From contig CM059438.1 of NCBI GenBank assembly GCA_030390025.1, positions 38,068,001 to 38,132,000 of the forward strand: a DNA stretch of 64,000 nt, written 5' to 3'. The translations under genes and the position numbers were made by a program. This document shows, piece by piece, positions 59,401 through 64,000 of the stretch; the first letter of the stretch is position 1; every line of letters begins with the position of its first letter. The notes beneath the pieces were generated by a model. It did no database searches, was not told the DNA's origin, and worked only from the letters and a program-made list of their open reading frames with translations. This stretch comes from Squalus acanthias (taxonomy: Eukaryota).

Positions 59401-60079
59401 TCTCAGAATTTGCTGATAACAGAAAAGTAAGATGTTGTGACCAGGAGAACAAACACGTTCATGGAAAAGGCAGAATGGGACCTCAGTATAGGGTCTCGTC
59501 TCCTCCAAAATCCAAACTCTCCAACAATATAGCAGCACTCCTTCTGTTCTGCGCTGAAGTGTCAACTTGGATTGTTTTCAAGTCCTTGGACTGCGTTTTA
59601 GAAACCACAACCTTCTGACTCTGGTAAGAGTGCTACCACTGATCTATCCTGACACTTCATGTCAAATTTGCACTATTGGGCATAAATTCAGAAGCAAACT
59701 TGCAGTATAATAGCTTAATATGAATGATGCCTATATTGCAATTTATATTGATCCTTGAAAAACGGGTATGTCTACACTCGCATTGTACAAATATCAGGAG
59801 CAGGCATGCAATTAAGCTCAGGGTGGTTTGGGCTATGTCTAATATCATGCTCTTCGCTGTTGCCGCAGGTTTATTTTTCCCTTTGAACGAATTTTCTTAC
59901 CAAGTTTAACTTCTGTGTTTGTGTTTTTGTTGCATCAAAGGCTAAGGAATGAACTTTCTGATAATGCTTCAAAATGTCAAATATTGACAGTAGACCTGCA
60001 GAGGAAAGATGATGAGTACAGTGAACTCAAGGAAAAATACGTAGATGCCAAGAAACAGATGCAACAGGTAGAGAAGGAG
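2326..60079 (+). CDS. KIF20B: Kinesin-like protein KIF20B (kinesin-6), spliced CDS, 3'-partial; join of the 20 coding exons below (1308 codons)
   Basis: Manual splicing gives an uninterrupted frame with P-loop GVTNAGKT, switch I SSRSH, switch [17 protein letters not shown] and the long kinesin-6 loop-6 insert. A long coiled-coil stalk follows, with motifs ([31 protein letters not shown]) that match my recollection of vertebrate KIF20B rather than KIF20A/KIF23. Confidence 0.95.
2497..3350 (+). mobile_element. 3' fragment of a second CR1/Jockey-group LINE family
   Basis: [19 protein letters not shown] motif; 3' tail GGCAATAAATGCTGGC...GAATGAAT shared with 31163-33075. Confidence 0.85.
3417..3512 (+). 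CDS. KIF20B: KIF20B coding exon 2 ([25 protein letters not shown]...)
   Basis: tttcag acceptor, motor beta-1 motif VYLRIRP, donor GTTGGT; 96 nt. Confidence 0.95.
3608..3727 (+). CDS. KIF20B: KIF20B coding exon 3 ([16 protein letters not shown]...FTFSH)
   Basis: ttctag acceptor, donor GTAAGT; 120 nt. Confidence 0.95.
3965..5627 (+). mobile_element. CR1 element A, 5' part (APE endonuclease to start of RT), decayed
   Basis: Motifs [21 protein letters not shown]; breaks at ...ILRDR and resumes at 10621. Confidence 0.88.
4273..4395. mobile_element. hAT-type MITE (123 bp) nested in CR1-A
   Basis: 8-bp TSD ATCACAAT (4265-4272 and 4396-4403); imperfect TIRs CACTGTTTCCCCCTAA / TTAGAGGGAATATTG. Confidence 0.88.
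5628..8911 (+). mobile_element. CR1 element B, near full-length 5' part: short 5'UTR, ORF1 (about 5772-6713, Cys-motif N-terminus + SGNH/GDSL esterase) and ORF2 endonuclease/RT, with stops and frameshifts
   Basis: ORF1 motifs [29 protein letters not shown]; ORF2 motifs [29 protein letters not shown]. Confidence 0.92.
8912..9854 (+). mobile_element. CR1 element C, 5'-truncated, nested in CR1-B
   Basis: Starts at [14 protein letters not shown], ends in a TTCTTATGTTCTT tail; CR1-B resumes directly after it; AGAA repeated at both junctions. Confidence 0.9.
9855..10620 (+). mobile_element. CR1 element B, 3' part
   Basis: Continues [14 protein letters not shown]; colinear with the uninterrupted minus-strand sibling near 56800. 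Confidence 0.9.
10621..11908 (+). mobile_element. CR1 element A, 3' part (RT to 3' tail)
   Basis: [12 protein letters not shown] continues ILRDR from 5627; tail TTTCTGATTCTATTCTA. Confidence 0.88.
11973..12698. mobile_element. PIF/Harbinger-type MITE, family 1, copy 1
   Basis: TIRs GGCCCAAAAATT / AATTTTTGGGCC; 3-bp TSD AAT; GC-rich arms and AT-rich core; inverted sibling at 24279-25023. Confidence 0.88.
12800..13420 (+). mobile_element. Highly decayed CR1 3' fragment
   Basis: Residual similarity to the CR1 ORF2 C-terminus and 3'UTR. Confidence 0.5.
13856..14520. mobile_element. PIF/Harbinger-type MITE, related family 2
   Basis: TIRs GGCCCATAATTTCCGAT / ATCGGAAAATACGGGCC; TSD ATG; shares GGGATCACGTG..AGCCAAT and the AT-rich core with family 1. 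Confidence 0.88.
14560..16313 (+). mobile_element. L2 LINE fragments (older 14560-15130 piece, then an internally deleted ORF2 piece)
   Basis: L2 motifs [33 protein letters not shown]; homologous to the reverse complement of 25024-27230. Confidence 0.82.
16348..16483 (+). CDS. KIF20B: KIF20B coding exon 4 (VYGPETKQ...[15 protein letters not shown]), P-loop
   Basis: cttag acceptor, Walker A motif, donor GTTTGT; 136 nt. Confidence 0.97.
16584..16768 (+). CDS. KIF20B: KIF20B coding exon 5 ([12 protein letters not shown]...LFRE)
   Basis: tgtag acceptor, GILPR motif, donor GTAAAC; 185 nt. Confidence 0.96.
17310..17445. repeat. Two-copy tandem duplication, period about 73 bp
   Basis: TAGGCTGCATATAGTGAC...GGAGATGATTGAATAAT at 17310 and 17383. 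Confidence 0.85.
17578..18128. mobile_element. Degenerate Harbinger-type MITE
   Basis: TSD TCT on both sides; weak TIRs GGCCTCACTAT / ATATCTGGGAC; removing it restores a local AGACTCTG repeat unit. Confidence 0.6.
18564..18615 (+). CDS. KIF20B: KIF20B coding exon 6 ([17 protein letters not shown]), small loop-6 exon
   Basis: ccccttag acceptor, donor GTAAGT; 52 nt; bridges phase 0 to phase 1 as the flanking exons require. Confidence 0.85.
19304..20490 (-). mobile_element. CR1 3' fragment
   Basis: ORF 20085..20306 FADDTKLGG; CR1 tail at the left end. Confidence 0.85.
20875..21108 (+). CDS. KIF20B: KIF20B coding exon 7 (...[19 protein letters not shown]...GNTYVK)
   Basis: ttttaaag acceptor, EIYNE motif, donor GTAATT; 234 nt. 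Confidence 0.95.
21308..21419 (+). CDS. KIF20B: KIF20B coding exon 8 ([13 protein letters not shown]...NSLSSR)
   Basis: tttttag acceptor, start of switch I, donor GTAATT; 112 nt. Confidence 0.97.
21583..21651 (+). CDS. KIF20B: KIF20B coding exon 9 ([23 protein letters not shown])
   Basis: ctacag acceptor completes SSRSH, donor GTAAGT; 69 nt. Confidence 0.96.
   Translation, partial: PLYIFNKNFACGGWWTSCYKSQ
22622..22795 (-). mobile_element. Short CR1 3'UTR fragment
   Basis: Reverse complement of the CR1-C-type tail (CTCCTGCTCCTAATTCTTATGTT). Confidence 0.8.
23000..23215 (-). mobile_element. Penelope-type terminal fragment with a mutated hammerhead (23095-23131)
   Basis: Same family as 38570-38685; minus strand reads AGTT CTGACAA AAGGTC ATC GACCT GAAA CATT AACT. 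Confidence 0.75.
23577..23723 (+). CDS. KIF20B: KIF20B coding exon 10 ([11 protein letters not shown]...[13 protein letters not shown]...NQISK), switch II
   Basis: ttacag acceptor, DLAGSE, donor GTAAGC; 147 nt. Confidence 0.98.
24251..27600 (-). mobile_element. L2 LINE (ORF2 RT region to (GTT)n tail), interrupted near its tail by a MITE; boundary beyond about 27230 uncertain
   Basis: ORFs with [56 protein letters not shown]; (CAA)n at 24251-24263. Confidence 0.9.
24279..25023. mobile_element. PIF/Harbinger-type MITE, family 1, copy 2 (inverted relative to copy 1)
   Basis: TIRs GGGCCGAAAATTGATC / GATCAATTTCTGGGCC; TSD AGT/AAT; splits the L2 tail TATATAGT|GCCTTTAAC. Confidence 0.9.
27898..27943. 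repeat. Direct tandem duplication of GTTCTCACAAAAGGATTATAAT (period 24)
   Basis: Two exact 22-nt copies. Confidence 0.85.
28228..28646 (-). mobile_element. tRNA-derived SINE, DeuSINE/SacSINE1-like
   Basis: Minus-strand head with box A (TAGCTCAGTCGTAG) and box B (GGATTCAAGCAC); central CTTTCAGATGAGATGTTAAACCGAG domain; L2-like 3' part. Confidence 0.78.
28956..29645 (-). mobile_element. CR1 3' fragment
   Basis: ORF 29033..29413 encodes the CR1 ORF2 C-terminus. Confidence 0.88.
30703..30865 (+). CDS. KIF20B: KIF20B coding exon 11 ([15 protein letters not shown]...[14 protein letters not shown])
   Basis: ctcttag acceptor, VPFRESKLT, donor GTAGGT; 163 nt. Confidence 0.98.
30958..31120 (+). mobile_element. 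Short CR1 3'UTR fragment
   Basis: TTCAAAAGGGGAATTGGAT...AAAGAGCTGGCACAG...ATTCTATG tail. Confidence 0.7.
31163..33075 (-). mobile_element. Second CR1/Jockey-group LINE family, 5'-truncated, with a 420-codon open RT segment
   Basis: ORF 31693..32955 with [33 protein letters not shown]; A-rich tail at 31163. Confidence 0.92.
33942..34326. mobile_element. Tc1/mariner (Tigger/pogo-like) MITE
   Basis: TA on both flanks; TIRs CAGGAAACT..TT.ATCCGG; internal duplication of about 36 nt (34156 and 34226). Confidence 0.82.
34513..34702. mobile_element. Palindromic Penelope-type insertion (72-bp inverted arms) with TSD
   Basis: Arms 34513-34584 and 34595-34666 with one mismatch; flanking direct repeat TATTAGTCTGT at 34502-34512 and 34705-34715. 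Confidence 0.85.
35258..35530 (+). CDS. KIF20B: KIF20B coding exon 12 (neck; SWDASLEDV, poly-Glu)
   Basis: ttctag acceptor, donor GTAAAT; 273 nt; matches ORF 35294..35566. Confidence 0.93.
35960..36205 (+). mobile_element. tRNA-derived SINE with a 3' tail shared with the second LINE family
   Basis: Head TAGTGTAGTGG...GAGTTCACATC; tail GGATGGGCAATAAAT..GCCTTGTCAACGATGTCCACAT. Confidence 0.72.
37062..37201 (+). CDS. KIF20B: KIF20B coding exon 13 ([20 protein letters not shown]...IREEVCQE...)
   Basis: tatag acceptor, IREEV motif, donor GTACAG; 140 nt. Confidence 0.94.
37863..37936. repeat. Two-copy tandem duplication, period 36 bp
   Basis: TCATATTTTCCAGA.AGTT.GAG.ATGAACTGC occurs twice. Confidence 0.8.
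37992..38256 (-). mobile_element. L2 3' fragment
   Basis: Colinear with 25030-25285. Confidence 0.85.
38570..38685 (+). mobile_element. Penelope-type terminal fragment
   Basis: Reverse complement of the 23030-23135 family sequence. Confidence 0.78.
38575..38611 (+). ncRNA. Minimal type I hammerhead ribozyme motif
   Basis: AGUU-CUGACGA-A-AGGUC(UUC)GACCU-GAAA-CG-UU-AACU: intact core boxes, 5-bp stem II, 4-bp stem I, palindromic AACGUU in place of stem III. Confidence 0.7.
38700..38900 (+). mobile_element. Decayed SINE, same family as 35960-36205
   Basis: Shared ACCATGGC...TAGTACCAGGAAAA.TGA...AAGCTG...GATTG...AAAACCC...CTAATGTCC. Confidence 0.65.
38905..40475 (+). mobile_element. Second CR1/Jockey-group LINE family, internal fragment
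   Basis: ORFs 39089..39550, 39693..40205 and 40276..40527; closely matches the reverse complement of 31730-33075. Confidence 0.92.
40620..40740 (+). mobile_element. Highly decayed Penelope-type terminal fragment
   Basis: CCCAGCATTT...CAGATTTCCACCATCT..GGTATTTTGCTTTT resembles 2075-2125. Confidence 0.5.
40776..40920 (+). CDS. KIF20B: KIF20B coding exon 14 ([21 protein letters not shown]...VNR)
   Basis: tttatag acceptor, donor GTATGT; 145 nt; phases consistent. Confidence 0.92.
41133..42860. mobile_element. PIF/Harbinger internal-deletion derivative
   Basis: TIRs GGCCGGAATTTTC / GAAAATCCAGCCC; TSD TCT (41130-41132 and 42861-42863); contains a Myb/SANT-like remnant. Confidence 0.85.
42362..42590 (-). 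pseudogene. Harbinger Myb/SANT-like (trihelix) DNA-binding gene remnant
   Basis: With one frameshift it reads [69 protein letters not shown], the F..L..W..IA..V..RT..Q.K..DL pattern. Confidence 0.75.
43835..44042 (+). CDS. KIF20B: KIF20B coding exon 15 (ESVVNTN...EIKKQAE...LKKKTA)
   Basis: acag acceptor, donor GTAAGC; 208 nt; coiled-coil composition. Confidence 0.92.
44275..45754 (+). mobile_element. CR1, 5'-truncated (RT to tail)
   Basis: ORFs 44234..44566 and 44594..44935; tail TTCTTATGTTCTT. Confidence 0.9.
46202..46260 (+). CDS. KIF20B: KIF20B coding exon 16 ([20 protein letters not shown])
   Basis: tttcag acceptor, donor GTGACT; 59 nt; bridges phase 1 to phase 0. Confidence 0.85.
46598..47010 (-). 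mobile_element. DeuSINE/SacSINE1-like SINE, decayed
   Basis: Colinear with 28228-28646; L2-like tail AACTTGCATTTATA. Confidence 0.75.
47083..47180 (-). mobile_element. Decayed Penelope-type terminal fragment
   Basis: GAAATAAAAACTGAAAATGCTGGAAATAC...CATCTG resembles 23030-23110. Confidence 0.55.
48125..48229 (+). CDS. KIF20B: KIF20B coding exon 17 ([15 protein letters not shown]...EEKIEDY)
   Basis: catag acceptor, donor GTAAGT; 105 nt; heptad-like. Confidence 0.85.
49170..49650 (+). mobile_element. Old L2 3' fragment
   Basis: CATGCCTTTGTTACC and ...ATAAATACAAG tail similarity. Confidence 0.5.
50090..52750 (-). mobile_element. Old CR1 fragment(s), interrupted by a MITE
   Basis: CR1 tail GGAACATAGGAATA at 50090; degenerate RT motifs on the minus strand ([19 protein letters not shown]). 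Confidence 0.6.
50338..51045. mobile_element. Harbinger-type MITE, family 3
   Basis: TSD ATT on both sides; imperfect TIRs GGGATAGAGTTT / AAACTGCAGGCC; GC-richer arms and AT-rich core. Confidence 0.68.
53335..53488 (+). CDS. KIF20B: KIF20B coding exon 18 (EKTIENIQE...RKRTCE...QPPSKK)
   Basis: ttctag acceptor; RKR..PPSKKG motif; donor GTACCA at 53489 (alternative in-frame donor at 53546). Confidence 0.88.
54501..55731 (+). CDS. KIF20B: KIF20B coding exon 19, large 1231-nt coiled-coil exon
   Basis: ctttttatag acceptor, E/K/L/Q-rich ORF 54470..55735, motif [30 protein letters not shown], donor GTAAGT. Confidence 0.96.
56015..57440 (-). mobile_element. CR1, CR1-B subfamily, 5'-truncated
   Basis: Reverse complement matches 1-750 and 8240-8911/9855-10620. 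Confidence 0.92.
58330..59440 (+). mobile_element. Old CR1 ORF2 fragment with a nested SINE
   Basis: Degenerate [22 protein letters not shown] and EFADN motifs. Confidence 0.7.
58800..58920 (-). mobile_element. Internally deleted DeuSINE-like SINE (tRNA head joined to tail)
   Basis: Minus strand GTGGCTCAGTTGGTAGC...GGGTTCAAGTCCC (boxes A and B) followed directly by TAAATGCAAGTCTTTCTT. Confidence 0.75.
59470..59656 (-). mobile_element. Decayed DeuSINE-like 5' fragment
   Basis: GCAGCACTCC..., ACAACCTTCTGACTC...GAGTGCTACCACTG. Confidence 0.6.
59941..60079 (+). CDS. KIF20B: KIF20B coding exon 20 ([11 protein letters not shown]...[12 protein letters not shown])
   Basis: caaag acceptor after a TG-rich tract, donor GTGAGT; 139 nt. 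Confidence 0.94.
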
Positions 60080-60109
60080 GTGAGTCATATGGTTAAAAAT
60101 ATAAATAAA

Positions 60110-60250
60110 TAAATACTGGAAACCTGAAATATAAACCAAATGTTGAAAATACACAGCAGGTTTCTGTAAAGAGAAAAGATCACTCAATGTGTTGTGTGGA
60201 AGAGTTCCTTAATGGAGCTGAACAGCAATAAAAGGGGGGGAGGGGGAGAA
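60110..60250 (-). mobile_element. Decayed Penelope-type terminal fragment
   Basis: CTGGAAACCTGAAAT...AAATGTTGAAAATACACAGCAGG resembles 23020-23070. Confidence 0.5.
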
Positions 60251-62759
60251 TGGGTTGAATGGCCACACAGATTTTGACTTTAAATTTGTGTAAATTACAA
60301 CATAACTTTATATTTGTAAATCAAGAAATTAGTCATGATTTTATTTAGTTACCATGAGATTCTCTTGCACCAGTTCCTTTCTGTGAATTATACCTGCAGT
60401 AGTGTTACTTCAATTCAATGTTGCTATGTCTATTGTGGCTAGTTCTGTAGAAATTTGGCTTTAGCAGTTAGCTAATTTAAGTAGTAACTAGTTGATTCTC
60501 TCGTGGCTTTGCCCATGGATCTGAAAATTAATATAACTGTCTCCCATTTTTTAATTCTGTCTCACTTTTTGTGTCTCATTCTCACACTTAGACAAACTAT
60601 TAGGTGTGGGAATCTGCCATGTGCAGTGAAGACAACTACTTGTATTCTGAAACTAGGTAGTTTCATCTAGGCCAAGAGATCACTGCCTGCTAGAACACTA
60701 AATAGGTGGACTGTTTTAAATTTCTCAGGAAATCAAAAATCACAGATATAGCAATAAAATCTAAATATTAAATAGAACATACAAACCAGGTTATGGCTCC
60801 CAGTTTCAACCAGCAGTTTGTCATTCAATTTTGTAAATATTATTATTTCCCTCATAGCTGGAGGAATAAATTACAATGTTTTGAGCAAAAATATGAATTA
60901 TTATTTCTTTTATATTCCAGATAAGGAGCTAATGTAGTCAGTCTCTGGAGGGATTCTTTCAATTAGAAAGATTGCCTCATTGTTTAGAGAGTGGATTTTT
61001 ATAGTAAGGACCAAGAACTGTAAAGCTGTAGAAAAGATTAACCTAATCTTTGGTAAATTAAATATCCAATATTTAATATTACTAAAGTTTTGCTTAAATA
61101 TGTTTTAAGGCTTTATTCAGAGCTCCCCTCCAATTTGATTAACAGTACAGCTCTTCCAGATATGTCTTTTCTTTTAACCCTAGTTTTTAGTTCTTGCGTT
61201 CTCTCTCAGATACACAAGGAACTGCAGCTGCTTTAATCATTTAGCATACATTCCAAACAGTGACAAAATTTCACTTGTTTGCTGTTGAATGTTGTAACTT
61301 ATGGTTTACCTTATTTTGATGCGTTTTTATACGCACAAAATGCCAATTCCCTTCACTTCGAATAATGGATTTGCTTGGTTTTTAGTGCTGTCAGTCTTGG
61401 GTATATTTCCGTTGCTGGACACAGGAAATATGGCGTTTACAAATGGCAAGTCCTGACATGCTTTGTGAATTGTCAGGTTTGCTGTTCACCACGTACATGG
61501 GGTCTGTAAGCACAGATTGCTTGACAAGAGTGGCCTTTGGTGTGTTCTGGGAGTTGTCTACTACCTTAAGCCTCTTCAGCTGACTTGAGAATTCTGGTAA
61601 GCCCCATGAACTCAAGATCTAGGCTGCCCAGAGAGGCACCGGTGTATGATGGAAAACATTTATATACATTTCAAGCACATAGTGCTAATGTGTGGGTAAT
61701 TTTAAAAATACATATTTTCTAGCCAATTTTTTTGTTTTTGTTTTCATTGTTACAAATCTTTTTCCAATACATAGCTTTTCAACTTTAGCGGACTTACTGT
61801 CATACCTCTCGCATCGTGTCTGTAGTTCTGTTTGTGTTCAACTATTATTTTGTCTCTCAGCACCTTTTTCTAGGCCTATCTTCTGCGTTTCTTTCAATCT
61901 CCCTGTATGGCTTTGCCAGATTTATGTCTTGTCTTTGTTAAAGGCCAGGGTAGCTAGATGCCAGCCAACATTTATAGGGTTGGTGGTAGATACTGGAATC
62001 AAGTGGAATAGACTGGCTAGGTAGGGGCTGCTGTAATGTATAAGTGAGTAAAAACCTATATTAAATAACTACTGCACCATTTTTGTAGAATGCTAACAAT
62101 TTTATTTATACCGAATACCTCTGCATTTTTTTGTATTTCTTGCTTCTATTTCCAACTATTGATAATGTAAGAGCAACTGAACACTTTGTTTTGTATCTGC
62201 AGGAGTGGGTGGAAGGGGTAATAGCTATGGTTCAAGTCTGAGTAGAGAGAATAGGTTGCTTGGAGGGAGTAGGTGGGCTTGTTTTGTGTCAGGCCTGTGA
62301 GCATGCAGGGTAGTGCTGCAAACTTGATGAGTTCAGGGGGGGCTCTTAAGGCATGGGAACATTCAGAAGGGATGCCTGGGATTTGGGAGATATCTGGAGT
62401 GGACATGGAATGTGAGCACCTGAGGAAGAGCAGGTACTGGTGAACACTCACAGGGAAGCTGGGGCCAGTGAGCAATCTGGTTGATGTGGTGTGGCATGGG
62501 TAAGTGAGCACTTGTGGCTGGGGATGGGTAGAGAAAGGAAAGAGAAAGTTAGGCACAGGGTGGACATAGTGCAGTGTAGAATTGTATTGTGTAGCTGAGG
62601 AAAGGGATGGATCCAAGAATAGAGCACGAGCCCATGCAGTGAGCAGACAGGTGGCAGTGAAGTTGGGGTTTGGAATCACCTAGGGAGGAAGCAAGTGAGC
62701 AAAGTCTGGGCTTGGCACTGTTATCAAGCAGAAGTGAATAGATGAAGTAGACAGCAGGG

Positions 62760-64000
62760 ACTAGAGACCATTGTCGAGGACAAAATTAATTCTCACTTGG
62801 GGAAGCATGGGTTAATAAAGGACAGCCAGCATGGATTTGTTCAAGGCAAATCATGTCTGACTAACCTGGTTAAGTTCTTTGATGAAGGTAGTGCAGTAGA
62901 TGTTGTGTATATATGGACTTTCAAAAGGCATTTTTGTAAGAGGTTAGCTAGGGAAAATGTTGGGCCTATTAAGGACCCAGAAGAGAAATCTTCATGTAGA
63001 GGCAGAGGTCATGGCTAAAGTATTAAATGAGTACTTTGCATCTGTCTTCACAAAGGAAGCAGATGATGTGAAGGTTACACTATAAAAGAGGAAATGGAAG
63101 TTATGAACAAGATAGTAACAGATCGAGAAAAGATGTACTAAAAAGATTAACATTACTGAAAGTTAGCAAGTCACTTGGTCCAGATGGAATGTATCCTAGG
63201 TTGCTGAAAAAAGCAACGGTAGAAATAGCAAAGGCATTGGTCACAATCTTTCAATCCTCATTGGATACAGGAGTAGCACTAGAGGGTTGCTAATATTATA
63301 CCACTGTTCAAGAAAGGGGAGAGAGATAAACCAGGAAACTACAGGCCAGTCAGCCTAACATTGGTGGTGGGGAAGTTATTGGAAACCATTCTCGGGGACA
63401 AAATAAACTTTCATTGGGAAAGGCATGGGATAATCAAGGAGAGCCAGCATGGATTTGTTAAAGGCAAATAGTGTCTGACTAACTTGATTGAATTTTTTGA
63501 GGTAACTCAAAAGGTTGATCAAGGTAGTGCAGTAGATGTTGCACATATGGACTTTCAGAAGGCATTTAACAAAGTGCCACACAGGAGGCTTGTTAAGATG
63601 GAAACCCAAGGAATTAAGGGGAAAGTGGCGGCATGGATATAGAATTGGCTCAGTTGCAGGAAGCAGAGAGTGGTGGTGGATAGATGTTTTTCAGACTGGG
63701 AGGTGGTTTGCAGTGGTGTTCCCAAGGGTCAGTTTTGGGTCCATTACTCTTTTCATTTTTTATAAACGACCTAGACTCTGATGTAGGGAGCAGCATTGTA
63801 AAGTTTGCAGATGATACGAAACTTGGTAACGTAGTAGAGTGATGAGGATAATTGTAGACTTCAGGATGACATACAGGATGGTGAAATGGGCAGAAGCATG
63901 GCAGATGGAGTTCAATGTGGAGACGTGTGAAGTGGTGCATTTTGTGAGGACTATAGTGCAATGCTAGTATACTATAAATGGCACGATTTTGAAAAGTGTA
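62760..64000 (+). mobile_element. CR1 ORF2 fragments (two overlapping-homology pieces), continuing past the window end
   Basis: [13 protein letters not shown] occurs twice (about 62825 and 63445); KFADDTKLG near 63800. Confidence 0.85.

Noticed and set aside
2482-59940. U12-type or non-canonical introns
   Set aside because: All 19 introns are GT-AG and none begins with the RTATCCTT U12 donor.
2326-60079. KIF20A or KIF23 identity
   Set aside because: The stalk already exceeds 1300 aa with a giant coiled-coil exon and KIF20B-type motifs. KIF20A and KIF23 are much shorter.
61370-61660. GC-richer island in the last intron as an exon or ncRNA
   Set aside because: I could find no phase-compatible coiled-coil frame and no snoRNA box pattern that I can support. 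Left unassigned.

Overview
Eukaryotic genomic DNA, most likely a cartilaginous fish (shark-type repeat landscape; inferred, not database-checked). The window holds 20 consecutive coding exons of a kinesin-6 gene, KIF20B, on the + strand. They run from ATG at 2326 to 60079 (3924 nt, 1308 codons) with all GT-AG introns, consistent phases and no in-frame stop in my manual translation. The non-coding first exon lies upstream and the C-terminal exons lie downstream of the window. The introns are packed with transposable elements: CR1 LINEs including a three-level same-strand nest, a second CR1/Jockey-group LINE family, L2 LINEs, tRNA-derived SINEs, six PIF/Harbinger-type elements with 3-bp TSDs (one with a Myb/SANT gene remnant), a hAT MITE, a Tigger/pogo-like MITE and several Penelope-type terminal fragments. 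Top leads: (i) an apparently intact minimal type I hammerhead ribozyme in the sense strand of a KIF20B intron, with decayed siblings; (ii) a Harbinger MITE carrying promoter motifs, three consensus splice donors and a stop-free in-frame 30-nt candidate microexon; (iii) inverted TE pairs bracketing exon blocks (circRNA/skipping candidates). These are hypotheses from sequence inspection, and TE boundaries without TSDs are approximate.
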